DNA of 64,000 nt from Thermoplasmata archaeon (GCA_021798195.1 JAJZYH010000001.1:80390-144389), one strand, 5' to 3'; shown: positions 24,754 to 33,826, counted from the stretch's first letter. Notes: generated by a model from the sequence alone, not told the origin. Translations and numbers: made by a program.

Positions 24754-25973
24754 TGGACCCTCCAATGGAGGACGGGGAGGCTCCCCACGGACCAGAAGAC
24801 ACCCAGGGCGGCGAGAAGTCCGCCGAAGAGCCACCGGCCCGGGAGGTCTCCCAGGACCGCGGATTCAACGTTGAGGAGGGCCATCGCCACGGAGGCGAGG
24901 ATCAGGACCGCACCGGTGGAAAGGGCCCGGAGGGTCCACCGGTGGGAGACGAACTGGAACGGGGCCACCATGCTGAACCACATCCCGAGGATCATGAGAC
25001 CGAGGAAGCCGAGGAGGTTCGTCCACGCATGGGCCTTCACGAGGCCGTAATCCCCCGAAGAGATCATCCATAGGCCCACGCTCCCGCCGACCAGGAGGCA
25101 GCTCCCGCTGGCGAGATAGACCCAGTGGGCCCGTCGGGGAGTCCGGGCACGGGTTACGAGCCAGAAGAGCTGCAGGACGAACAGCACCGCCGCCGTCCCT
25201 TCCAGAAGGCCCGCGATGAGGAGAAGGGCTCCCTCCCGCGGGGCCAGGGCGAGCAACCCCAATGGAACCCCGATGGCACCGGTGAGGCCAGTGGCCGCGA
25301 GGGACCGGGCCACCCACGCCGGGGCATCGGTCCCGGCGGAACGGGGGATCAACCGGAGGCTCACACCGAAGATCAGGAGGGCGAGCTGGCCGAGGACGTA
25401 GGTATGTACCCCCGCCAACCAGAAGCCGAAGCCGGGTCCGGGCGTCACCGAACTCGCCATCCACAGGAGGGCGGAGGCGATTCCGAAGATCCAGGAACTC
25501 CCGAAGAGAAGGGCCGCCACCCGGTCCGCGGGCCGTTCCGGAGGCCCCGTGTGGGGTGGTGGGGTCCGGAGGGATCGCAATCCCGTCCCCACAAATGCCA
25601 GGAGTACCAGCAGCCAGGCTCCGCTTCCCGCCAGGGTGATCACCCACCCCGTCGACACCGGCACGAGGAAGGAACGGCCCACCAGGCCCAGGACCACCGA
25701 GGCCTCTGCCACGGCCCAGTAGGCGGGGCCGTCGGGAGCCCCTATGAGCCGCCGGCGGAAGATACTGGGGAACAGATGCCATGCGAAACCCAGAGCGGTG
25801 AAACCCACAAACCCCACCAGGAAGAGCCAGAGCAGGCCCTCGAACGGAACCCCGGAGACTCCCACAAGGAGGCCCAGGAGCACGAGGTGCAGCGGGGCCG
25901 CGGTCAAGAACCGCCGGGGTCCGGGAGCGATCACCATGGTGCGGTGTCCCTCGTCCCTCCGGCAGAGAACCAC
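24735..25973 (-). CDS. 12-TM membrane protein, NnrS-like (tentative)
   Basis: 412 aa, highly hydrophobic, with conserved-looking His residues in the helices (WHLFPS, GVHTYVLG, KAHAWTNLLGFLGLMILG). The family call is made from memory of NnrS motifs only. Confidence 0.4.
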   Translation of the reverse strand: MVLCRRDEGHRTMVIAPGPRRFLTAAPLHLVLLGLLVGVSGVPFEGLLWLFLVGFVGFTALGFAWHLFPSIFRRRLIGAPDGPAYWAVAEASVVLGLVGRSFLVPVSTGWVITLAGSGAWLLVLLAFVGTGLRSLRTPPPHTGPPERPADRVAALLFGSSWIFGIASALLWMASSVTPGPGFGFWLAGVHTYVLGQLALLIFGVSLRLIPRSAGTDAPAWVARSLAATGLTGAIGVPLGLLALAPREGALLLIAGLLEGTAAVLFVLQLFWLVTRARTPRRAHWVYLASGSCLLVGGSVGLWMISSGDYGLVKAHAWTNLLGFLGLMILGMWFSMVAPFQFVSHRWTLRALSTGAVLILASVAMALLNVESAVLGDLPGRWLFGGLLAALGVFWSVGSLPVLHWRVHHPSLD

Positions 25974-26070
25974 CCCTCACGGGGGTTCGCCGAAACGATT
26001 CGGCGACGCCTACTTCTCTCTCGCTCCCGCTGCACCATCTCGCCCACACCCGTATCCCGGGGGATGAGAT

Positions 26071-26391
26071 ATGAACGACGGCGCTCGTGAGACACGGATC
26101 GAAGGGTTCCCGACTCCGGCATCGTCCTCCGAGTCCATCCTGGACGTCCGGGGGACACCCCCTCCCCAACGGCATCCCGCCATCTTCGGTGCATTCCAGC
26201 GGCTCTCCCCCGGTACCTCTTTTGTCCTGGTGAACGACCATGACCCGAAGCCGCTGTTCTACCAGTTCCAGGCGGAGCACACCGGGGAGTTCACCTGGGA
26301 GTACCTCGAGAAGGGTCCGGAAACCTGGCGGGTGCGCATCGGCCGGTCCACGGCTCCCCGGGAGGCACAACCCCTTTCGATGCTGCGGTGA
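26071..26391 (+). CDS. DUF2249 domain protein
   Basis: LDVRGTPPPQRHPAIFGAFQRLSPGTSFVLVNDHDPKPLFYQFQAEHTGEFTWEYLEKGPETWRVRI matches the DUF2249 pattern. Confidence 0.7.
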   Translation: MNDGARETRIEGFPTPASSSESILDVRGTPPPQRHPAIFGAFQRLSPGTSFVLVNDHDPKPLFYQFQAEHTGEFTWEYLEKGPETWRVRIGRSTAPREAQPLSMLR

Positions 26392-27566
26392 CGGACTCCC
26401 TTCGTCCCGTGGGTCGCCGGCTCCCCGCATCCCGGGAGAGAGGCCCCGCCACGGGGCGGTCCCGCCTTCGCCTCCCGGTGATGGCGGCGGGGCTCATCTC
26501 CCTCGTGCTGGGGCTCTGGGCGGGGCTCTTCCGGCTGGGGTGGGCCCTGCCCCTGCTCTCCACGTCCCTGCCGGAGGCGCACGGGCCCCTCATGGTGAAT
26601 GGCGTGCTGGCGACCCTCATCGGCCTGGAGCGCGCCGTGGCCCTGCATCGTCGGGCGTATTTTGCGGGTCCGTTCCTCACCGGGGCCGGGTCCGTGGCCC
26701 TGGCCCTGGGGATCCCGTCCTCCTTCGCGATCCCCTGGGTCGTCCTGGGAGGCGGGATCGTCCTGGCCATGTTCCTGGAGATCCGGGTCCGTCAGCCCGC
26801 CCTCCACACCACGGCCCAGGTCCTGGGGGCCGGCGCGCTCCTTGCCGGGAACGTACTGTGGTGGGGGGGGCTGGACATCCCGTACCTGATCCCGTGGTGG
26901 GGATCCTTCCTGGTCCTGCTCATCGCCGCGGAGCGCCTGGAGCTCACGAGGATGCTGCCCATCCCCACGTGGCGCCGTCACCTCCTCGGCAGCTTCTTCG
27001 TCCTCGACCTGGCCGGGTGCGCCGTGGGGGTCCTGTGGTTCGTCCCGGGAACCCTGCTCCTCGCCGGTTCCTGGATCGCGATGGCCCTGTGGCTCATCGC
27101 CCACGATGTGGCCCGCTGGAACCTGAGACGGGCCGGGCTTCCCCGCTTCGCCGCGATCTGTCTTCTCTCCGGATATGCGTGGCTCGCGGCGGGAGGGGCA
27201 TTGATCCTCGCGTTCGGTGGGATCGTGCCGGATGGCCTCGTGTACGATGCCCAGCTCCATGCGGTCTTCCTGGGGTTCGTTCTCTCCATGATCTTCGCCC
27301 ACGCGTTCGTCATCCTGCCGGCCACCCTGGGGACCCCCGCGCCCTTCCACAGGGCCTTCTATGTCTGGCTGGGGGTCCTCGACGCATCGCTCATGGGGCG
27401 GATCGCGGCCGATCTCCTCGCCCTCGGATCCCTCCGAGCCTGGGCGGGATTGTTCAATGTCGTCGCCATCGGGGGGTTCGGCATCTCGCTCCTCGCATCC
27501 GTGCTCTTGGAGCGCTGGCCCGTGGGCCGGTTCTCGGGCCTGGATGCATCCTCGTTCTTCCCGTAG
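26388..27566 (+). CDS. polytopic membrane protein (possibly NnrS-related)
   Basis: 392 aa. The GTG start overlaps the upstream stop. Motifs EAHGPLMVNGVLATLIGLERA, LIAAERLEL and AQLHAVFLGFVLSMIFAHAF. Confidence 0.45.
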   Translation: MTDSLRPVGRRLPASRERGPATGRSRLRLPVMAAGLISLVLGLWAGLFRLGWALPLLSTSLPEAHGPLMVNGVLATLIGLERAVALHRRAYFAGPFLTGAGSVALALGIPSSFAIPWVVLGGGIVLAMFLEIRVRQPALHTTAQVLGAGALLAGNVLWWGGLDIPYLIPWWGSFLVLLIAAERLELTRMLPIPTWRRHLLGSFFVLDLAGCAVGVLWFVPGTLLLAGSWIAMALWLIAHDVARWNLRRAGLPRFAAICLLSGYAWLAAGGALILAFGGIVPDGLVYDAQLHAVFLGFVLSMIFAHAFVILPATLGTPAPFHRAFYVWLGVLDASLMGRIAADLLALGSLRAWAGLFNVVAIGGFGISLLASVLLERWPVGRFSGLDASSFFP

Positions 27567-27625
27567 AGCCCGGGTCCGACCCCCTGGGGACCCGTGCTGC
27601 CGGGAACCGCCATCCTGCGGCCGGC

Positions 27626-28342
27626 TCAAAGGAACCCGAACTGCCGCTTGGCAAAGTCGCTCATCCTCTCCGGGCTCCACGGGGGGTCCCAGACGATGGT
27701 GACCTCGGCGGACCGGATCCCCGGTATGGCCTCCGCCGCGGCCTTCACCTGCTCCTGGAGCAAGCCGGTGACCGGGCAGCCCGCGCTCGTCATGCTCATG
27801 CGGATGCGGACGCTCCCGTCGTCCGCCCAATCCACACCATAGATGAGGCCCAGGTCCACGATGTTCATCGGGATCTCCGGGTCAAAGATCTTCCGGAGGG
27901 CCCGGTCCAGGAGGGTCTTCGGTGGGGCGGCCGGCGTTCGCCCGTCCGGTGCGGCGGGCCGGTCCCCTCCCGGGGGGGCCATCTCCCCGGAGGGTTCCGC
28001 TTCCTGCCGGGTCGCGGGGACATTGGGGCCGTCGATGCGGAACCCTTCCCGGCCCCCGTCGGAGGCGTAATCCACCGTCGCATCCGCAAGGTACCTGCGG
28101 CTCACGGGATCGATGAGCAACGGGACCCCGTCGCAGGGAAGGATCTCTTCCGGTCGTCGGGCCTTCTCCAGGGCCATGCCGAGCCGGGGGGCTGTTCCGG
28201 GAAGGACGTAGATGCGGAACGCCGAGCCGGAGGGTTGTCCCTTGAGGAGCGCCACCATCCGGGTCTTTGCCTCCGGCGAGATCCGGATCTGGAATTCGGC
28301 TCCTCTATCGGGTCTGCCGGTGCCGGGGTGGGGATCCTGCAT
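27626..28342 (-). CDS. fusion of a Cys-less A-type-carrier (HesB/IscA-like) domain with a DUF59 (MIP18/SufT-like) domain
   Basis: N-terminal FQIRISPEAKTRMVALL...FRIYVLPG...LGMALE...DGVPLLIDPVSRRYLADATVDY, without the carrier cysteines. C-terminal IFDPEIPMNIVDLGLIYGV...MTSAGCPVTG...IVWDPPWSPERMS. The start is set at MQDPH so that it abuts the upstream gene. Confidence 0.65.
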   Translation of the reverse strand: MQDPHPGTGRPDRGAEFQIRISPEAKTRMVALLKGQPSGSAFRIYVLPGTAPRLGMALEKARRPEEILPCDGVPLLIDPVSRRYLADATVDYASDGGREGFRIDGPNVPATRQEAEPSGEMAPPGGDRPAAPDGRTPAAPPKTLLDRALRKIFDPEIPMNIVDLGLIYGVDWADDGSVRIRMSMTSAGCPVTGLLQEQVKAAAEAIPGIRSAEVTIVWDPPWSPERMSDFAKRQFGFL

Positions 28343-28346
28343 GGTC

Positions 28347-28907
28347 TCACGTGTGCCCGGGAACCCTCCGGTCGGACGGACCTTGGGGGGCCCCGGGACC
28401 CCCTCGCACGACGCCGGCTCCACGGCCGCCCAGGAACGGCCAGAGGGTCCGCAGGTTCACGAGCCCGAAGATGAGGAACGAAAGTACCGCGAGCCCCAGG
28501 AACCCATCTGCAAGCACGGGGGGCGCGGACGCCAGCGAGAGCGCAAAGAATCCGAGGATCCCCACGTTGGTGAGGGTGAGATGGAGCCGGGGCAGAAGCC
28601 TGGGCCCAAGGGTCACCCCGAAATGGCTGGGTACCACGATCGTGCTGACCCCGCTGATGGTGAGCCCCACCCACCCGAACAGGGCGAGGAGGTCCCGATC
28701 GTCGACGAGCCGGTCGGGGAGCGCCCCGGTGCCCAGGAGTCCTTCATACACGATCCCTCCCAACATGAAGACGGTGAGGAGGACGAGATAGCCCGAGGCG
28801 CTGAGGAGCATCCAGAGGGCCTCCCGCGAGGGGGGCCGGCGACTCCCCGGGCCCCCTCCGGGGGCCATGGGAAGGGCCGTCCCTGGGATGCCTGGGAGCA
28901 GGCTCAC
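28347..28907 (-). CDS. membrane protein, function unknown
   Basis: 186 aa with 4-5 hydrophobic helices. The GTG start overlaps the upstream TGA (GTGA). Confidence 0.45.
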   Translation of the reverse strand: MSLLPGIPGTALPMAPGGGPGSRRPPSREALWMLLSASGYLVLLTVFMLGGIVYEGLLGTGALPDRLVDDRDLLALFGWVGLTISGVSTIVVPSHFGVTLGPRLLPRLHLTLTNVGILGFFALSLASAPPVLADGFLGLAVLSFLIFGLVNLRTLWPFLGGRGAGVVRGGPGAPQGPSDRRVPGHT

Positions 28908-29722
28908 GGGGTTCCCCCGGATTCCAGCGTCGGGAGAGGGGCGGGAGTGCCACTACTCTCCTCCGCGGGAACGAGATGGTCCGGGCAGCGGAAGGTAAGG
29001 TGGACGCGAACGGTGTCGTCCCCTCTCACCTCGACCTTCTGCGAAGAGATCTCCCAGCCGCCGGCCGGCGGGATCAACCCCAGTTGCCCCTGGGGCCCCG
29101 GGACCACCTGCGCTTCGTCGCTCCGGGTGCAACCGTCCTGGGCGCAGCGGACCGCAACTTTCTGGTCTTCGTGGCCCGCGGGACTCTTGAGGAGCTTCTG
29201 GACGTGCTGGTCCAGATCGGCCACTTCTCCTTGCGTGGCCGAGAACTTCGCACCCACCCGCTGCGCGGCATCCTCGGGTAGCGTGGAGATGAGGCAGGAA
29301 AGGGGGTAATCCCCCTCGTACACGCTCACCTCGTATCCCTGGTTGGCCAGCTTCTCCAGGAGTTCGCCGAGCCGTGCCCGCGCGTGGGGGACTCCCGTTC
29401 CGTACTCTTCCAGCGCCGCCCGGGCCTCCCGGATGCGTTGGGACTCCGCCTCGTGGTCGCGCACCAACCGATCGAGATGTTCATAGCACGTGGTCATGGC
29501 GACCGGGCGGGCTTCCGGCTGGAGCTCGCGGTCCATCCTCTGGATGTGCAGGGTGAGGTACTGCTCGAAGAGCCGGAGCTCCTCGGCGACCTCCCCCACC
29601 GGCACATCCTTGCCATCCTTCAGGAGGAGGGCCACCTCGAGGATGCGCTCGGTGATCCCCTTGATCACATCGTTCTCTCGCTGCAGCTCTTCCAGAGGGT
29701 CTGGGACATCATTAGCGGACAT
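28904..29722 (-). CDS. hemerythrin-like N-terminal domain protein with a Cys-containing C-terminal domain
   Basis: The N-terminus DVIKGITERILEVALLL...LFEQYLTLHIQRMDREL...CYEHLDRLVRDHEAE shows an H/E-rich four-helix pattern. The C-terminus carries C-x4-C ... C-P-x-H. Confidence 0.5.
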   Translation of the reverse strand: MSANDVPDPLEELQRENDVIKGITERILEVALLLKDGKDVPVGEVAEELRLFEQYLTLHIQRMDRELQPEARPVAMTTCYEHLDRLVRDHEAESQRIREARAALEEYGTGVPHARARLGELLEKLANQGYEVSVYEGDYPLSCLISTLPEDAAQRVGAKFSATQGEVADLDQHVQKLLKSPAGHEDQKVAVRCAQDGCTRSDEAQVVPGPQGQLGLIPPAGGWEISSQKVEVRGDDTVRVHLTFRCPDHLVPAEESSGTPAPLPTLESGGTP

Positions 29723-29832
29723 GTTCGGATCCCCGTTCCCGGGCCTCCACACCCAACCAGGGAGAGAGGGCCGTTAGCGCGTGCGCCTAGAGGATTCGGA
29801 GAGCGGGGGAGGGAGTCTTAATCCCGAAGGGG

Positions 29833-30576
29833 ATGCCCGGGGCCATGGAACGGCGGACACGTCCCACTCCATCCTCCGGGCAGAGCCGTCGGGGAAGACC
29901 GCGCCGCCCGAGGGTCTCCTCCTCCGCCCGCCGGCCATCGCCGCTCCTCGCGTGCCGGATCCGCGTCCCCCTCCCCGACGGCCCATGGATCCAGCGCTTC
30001 AGTCGGGCGCATCCCGACGTCCACATCGAGGTCTTGAACCGATTGGACCTGGGCCGGGATCGTACCCTCACGGAAGTGCGCCTGCGTTCCCCGGAAGCGA
30101 CCCCGTGGGAGGAGGAGATCCGGACGCTCCCTGGGGTCCTCCATGTGGACCCGCTGGGTCCTCCGGGGCCGGTGACGCTTCTGCGCGTCGTCCACCGCAC
30201 GTCGGCGTTCGTCCCGATCTTCCGACGGTATCAGCTCATGCGCCGCTTTCCGTTTCCGGTCGAGGCCGGAGTGGCGACCTGGGTCGTCGTGGGCCCGGAG
30301 ATCAAGGTCCGCCGCCTCCTGGACGCCATGCGGTCCAAGGCACCAGACCTCACCGTGGAATCCGTCCGGCACGACTCGGCCCAGGGCCGGGAGATCCTCA
30401 CGCCCCGGCAAGAAGAGCTCTTCCGGCGGGCCATGGCGGAGGGCTATTTCGAGGTCCCCCGCCGGGTGACCCTCACCGCGCTCGCCGCGCGATTGGGGAT
30501 GGCGGTCTCGAGCCTCTCCGAGGCCCTGGCGATCATCGAGAAGAAGCTTCTGGAGGAGCGGCGGGTTCTCTCGTAG
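29833..30576 (+). CDS. HTH_10 transcriptional regulator, paralog 2
   Basis: LTPRQEELFRRAMAEGYFEVPRRVTLTALAARLGMAVSSLSEALAIIEKKLL. A TATA-like TCTTAATC at 29816-29823 suggests that the leaderless start may be the ATG at 29845. Confidence 0.75.
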   Translation: MPGAMERRTRPTPSSGQSRRGRPRRPRVSSSARRPSPLLACRIRVPLPDGPWIQRFSRAHPDVHIEVLNRLDLGRDRTLTEVRLRSPEATPWEEEIRTLPGVLHVDPLGPPGPVTLLRVVHRTSAFVPIFRRYQLMRRFPFPVEAGVATWVVVGPEIKVRRLLDAMRSKAPDLTVESVRHDSAQGREILTPRQEELFRRAMAEGYFEVPRRVTLTALAARLGMAVSSLSEALAIIEKKLLEERRVLS

Positions 30577-30805
30577 GGAACGAGTTCCCGGCGCCGCCCG
30601 GAAGACAACGGCGGGTTGGGAGCACCACGCGAAGGGCCCGAGGCTCCCCCGCACGCCTCCTACGCCTCTCCCCGCCCCCTTCTTCGGAGGTCCTTGCGGC
30701 AGCGGGAGGTCTCCGGGGACGAACTGCGTCCGGAGGGCCGGTGGGACCCCCCCTCGAGGAGCCCCCAACGCGATGTCTGCGACCCATCGCGGCCCCCGCG
30801 GGGTG

Positions 30806-31600
30806 TCAGGGACAGGCCGGAGCAGGGGCCGGCGCCACTACCTGGGCCGCGGCGTGGTCGGCATCCTCCGCGTCCTCCCCGTAGCGCTCCACGAAGATCC
30901 GGTCCTTGGGGCAACCGAGCCGTTGGGAAAGGTCCTGCATCTCGTTCACCATCTCGTTCACCCCGCAGAGATAGACATCGGCACCGGAGAGGTCCGGGAA
31001 CATCCTCTGTACGTGCTCCTCCACATGGCCCACGCGCCCCGTCCAGGATCCGTCCGCGGAAGGCCGGGAGACGATGGGGACGAAGTGAAAATCCGACCAT
31101 GCGGTCTCCAGGGTACGGAACTCCGCCGTGTGCACGAGGTCCTCCGGGTGGCGGCCCCCGAAGAACAGCCACGTCGGGGTGGACGGTTCCTCCCTCCGGA
31201 TCTGCTCCAGCATGGGGACGAAGGGCGCGAGGCCGGTGCCCGTGGCCACCAGGAGGATGGAGCGCCCGCCCGCGGGGCGCAGGGTGAACTTCCCCAGCGG
31301 GGCCAGCACCACCAGTTCGGGCCTCCGGAGCGGGTCCAGGCCGCAGAGAAGGCTGGAGCCGAAACCATCCGGGATGCGCTTGATGAGGAGACGGAATCGG
31401 TCGTGGTGCAAGGCCGAGGAGAAGATGGAATAGGAGCGGGTGACCCGCCGGCCGTTCCGACTGAGGTAGAACGTGACGTACTGCCCCGGCACGAATTCCA
31501 ATGGGTCCTCGGGTGGGAGCGTAAAGGTCAGCACATGGGTCGAAGGGGCCACCACCTCGTTGGAGACCAAGGTGACCTTGCGCTGGTGCGGTGGCGACAT
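30806..31600 (-). CDS. ferredoxin-NAD(P)+ reductase-family flavoprotein (FAD/NAD-binding)
   Basis: RSYSI (RxYS FAD motif), LLVATGTGLAPFVPML (NAD motif), YLCG near the C-terminus. Confidence 0.75.
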   Translation of the reverse strand: MSPPHQRKVTLVSNEVVAPSTHVLTFTLPPEDPLEFVPGQYVTFYLSRNGRRVTRSYSIFSSALHHDRFRLLIKRIPDGFGSSLLCGLDPLRRPELVVLAPLGKFTLRPAGGRSILLVATGTGLAPFVPMLEQIRREEPSTPTWLFFGGRHPEDLVHTAEFRTLETAWSDFHFVPIVSRPSADGSWTGRVGHVEEHVQRMFPDLSGADVYLCGVNEMVNEMQDLSQRLGCPKDRIFVERYGEDAEDADHAAAQVVAPAPAPACP

Positions 31601-31750
31601 GGTGAACCTCCAACTGTACGAGGCCCCCGGGAGGCCATGACCGTTGGACCTAGACGGTTCGGGTCATCCGACTTGGGTGCCCCTTCCTTCCCCATGGACC
31701 GGAGCGGGGACCATCGGGTCTCCCGGAGGCCTCCTCACGTCCCGCATGCC

Positions 31751-31770
31751 GTGAATACCGGTGAATGCCG
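31751..31770 (+). repeat. tandem decamer GTGAATACCG GTGAATGCCG just upstream of the surface-protein TATA box
   Basis: A direct repeat with one mismatch, immediately 5' of GTTTATGA (31778-31785). Confidence 0.4.
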
Positions 31771-31777
31771 CCCGTAC

Positions 31778-31785
31778 GTTTATGA
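31778..31785 (+). promoter_or_regulatory. TATA box of the surface glycoprotein gene (leaderless)
   Basis: GTTTATGA is centred about 29 nt upstream of the ATG at 31811. Confidence 0.45.
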
Positions 31786-31810
31786 TGGCCTGCCCGCCCA
31801 GGACGGTACC

Positions 31811-33826
31811 ATGGCGAAAGCTTGGCTTCCCGCCTCCGGTCCCATGCCCCGCGGCCTTCCCGGTCTCATCCTGGGCCTCGTGACCCTCCTTGTCCTAATC
31901 CCCGCCACGCAGGGGGTTCCATCCGTCTCCATCGGGTCCGCCGCGTCCGTGGGCGACTTCACCCTCACGAGCCAGGCCGCGAACATCACGCTGGCCGTGA
32001 ACGGGACGGGGGGTTTCGTCTGGGAAGGGGCGGCGAATCCCGTGCCCCCGGGCGACGGAGCCCTCACGTACGGCGGAGGCTACCCCTGGCCCTCCGACGC
32101 CCTCTCCGTGAACGACTCCGCTCTGAACGGGACCATCTATTGCGCCCAGCCCGGAAACTCCCCGCCCTGGGGGGATCTCAACAACTTCGTGGTCCGCTCG
32201 GGTGCGCTCTCCGCCACCCGGGGATTCGTGGCCTGGGTCACCCCGAGCCTCACCATCAACGAGACGTACACGTTGGAGGCGGTGGCGGGTGAGCCGGGCC
32301 TGGGGTACGTGGCGTACAATGCCACGGTGACGAACCGGGGGCCCGCGGCGGACATCCGGGTCCGCTTCTATTTCGACACCCAGCTCAACTACAATGATGG
32401 CGCCCCGTTCTTCGTCCCGGGGCTGGGGGAGGTCACCACGGAGGTGAACTTCTCCAGCGCGTGGCCGTTCATCGAGGACTTCGACAACTATTCCGCCCCC
32501 TCCCTGGTGGGCCTCTTCACGCCCCTGCCGGGAAGCCCGTCCCCCTACCTCACCAGCATCGCGGAGTGGCCCACCTCCCAGGGAACGAACTGGACGTACG
32601 TCACCAACCCCGCCAACGACATCACCTACGACTCGGCCATCCTGTTCTACTATGATCTCGGGACGCTGGGGACCGGACAGAGTTCCTCCGCCGGCGTCAA
32701 CTACGGCCTGGGGCAGGTGTCCGGGGGAAGCCTCAAGGTGAACTCCATCACCCCCGACCGTTCCCAGTACACCCCCGGCCAGGCCTTCTCCGATGAGGTG
32801 GTGGTGGGGAGCACGCAGAACACCTCCACCAGCGGGACGCTCTCCCTCGGGGTGTGGGGGTCCTCGGGGAGTTCGCCGGCTCTGAGCCTGAGCCTCCCCA
32901 TCACGACCCGGCCCGAGTCGGGGGGGCTCGCCGGGTTCACCTACCTCAACTTCACGGGTTCCATGCCCACGCCCACGGGCCTCTACCAGCTGGTGGCCAC
33001 GCTCAGCGTGAACGGCAAGAACGTCTCGAGCGCCAACGCCGTGGTCTCCGTGGTGCCGTTCCAGATCGGGGCCACGCATTTCCCCTCCCTCCCCACCTCC
33101 CGGGAGAACGTGACGTTCACGGTCACGGTGAACATCGCCCAGGCCACGAACACCACCCTCTACGTGGACGGGGCGGCCGTCCAGACATGGGCGATGGGAT
33201 CCGGCACGTTCAACTTCGTCCACACCCCCCTCGCCGCAGGGACCCACACGTACAACGTGACCACGCACGAACCTCCGGGGAACTCGAGGGTGTCGGGCGG
33301 TCCCTGGTCCTTCCTGGTCGTGGCATCCCCGGGAGGGGTTGTGCCCCTCACCGCCACTCTTTCCGCCACCCCCAACCTCATGTGGCAGGGGAACACCACG
33401 ACCCTCCGGGCCTCCGTCTCCGGTGGAACGGGCCCCTACACCTACTCGTGGAACTCGCTGCCGCCCGGGTGCACAAGTTCCGATGTGGCGACGTTGACCT
33501 GCGCTCCCACCGCCACGGGGAACACCACCGTCTCGGTCACGGTGACGGATTCCTCGTCCCCCACGCATCAGAGCGTCACCGTGACCACCCACCTCGAGGT
33601 GGTCCCGGCGCCCGGAAGCGGTACGGGTTCGGGAGGTCTCCTTTCAAGCCTCCTGGACGCATGGCCGTACCTGGTACTGATCCTCGTGGTGGTGGCGGTC
33701 CTCGGCCTGGCCCTCGCGATCCGCCGGCGCCGCGGCAGGAAGGTTCCGTCACAGATGTATCCACCACCTCCGCCGCCTCCTCCCATGGGGATTCCTCCGC
33801 CCCCGCCCCCACCGGGGAACCGATAG
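31811..33826 (+). CDS. secreted, membrane-anchored cell-surface (S-layer-like) glycoprotein with a PKD-like repeat and a poly-proline cytoplasmic tail
   Basis: Signal peptide MAKAWLPASGPMPRGLPGLILGLVTLLVLIPATQG. About 20 N-x-S/T sequons. SVSGGTGPYTYSWNSLPPGC resembles PKD-like repeats. C-terminal TM helix WPYLVLILVVVAVLGLALAI, then RRRRGRK, then YPPPPPPPPMGIPPPPPPPGNR. The first roughly 346 codons of the 1017-aa ORF are antisense to the FNR-like gene and are excluded. Confidence 0.7.
   Translation: MAKAWLPASGPMPRGLPGLILGLVTLLVLIPATQGVPSVSIGSAASVGDFTLTSQAANITLAVNGTGGFVWEGAANPVPPGDGALTYGGGYPWPSDALSVNDSALNGTIYCAQPGNSPPWGDLNNFVVRSGALSATRGFVAWVTPSLTINETYTLEAVAGEPGLGYVAYNATVTNRGPAADIRVRFYFDTQLNYNDGAPFFVPGLGEVTTEVNFSSAWPFIEDFDNYSAPSLVGLFTPLPGSPSPYLTSIAEWPTSQGTNWTYVTNPANDITYDSAILFYYDLGTLGTGQSSSAGVNYGLGQVSGGSLKVNSITPDRSQYTPGQAFSDEVVVGSTQNTSTSGTLSLGVWGSSGSSPALSLSLPITTRPESGGLAGFTYLNFTGSMPTPTGLYQLVATLSVNGKNVSSANAVVSVVPFQIGATHFPSLPTSRENVTFTVTVNIAQATNTTLYVDGAAVQTWAMGSGTFNFVHTPLAAGTHTYNVTTHEPPGNSRVSGGPWSFLVVASPGGVVPLTATLSATPNLMWQGNTTTLRASVSGGTGPYTYSWNSLPPGCTSSDVATLTCAPTATGNTTVSVTVTDSSSPTHQSVTVTTHLEVVPAPGSGTGSGGLLSSLLDAWPYLVLILVVVAVLGLALAIRRRRGRKVPSQMYPPPPPPPPMGIPPPPPPPGNR

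Noticed and set aside
30575-30588. GGGAAC-ga-GTTCCC palindrome just after the HTH_10 paralog 2 stop, considered as a terminator
   Set aside because: The 2-nt spacer is too short for a hairpin loop and no oligo-T tract follows. The palindrome is too short to exclude chance.
30773-31810. N-terminal 346 codons of the 1017-aa plus-strand ORF
   Set aside because: They are antisense to the FNR-like gene. The real surface-protein gene starts at the ATG at 31811, which has a signal peptide and a TATA box 29 nt upstream.
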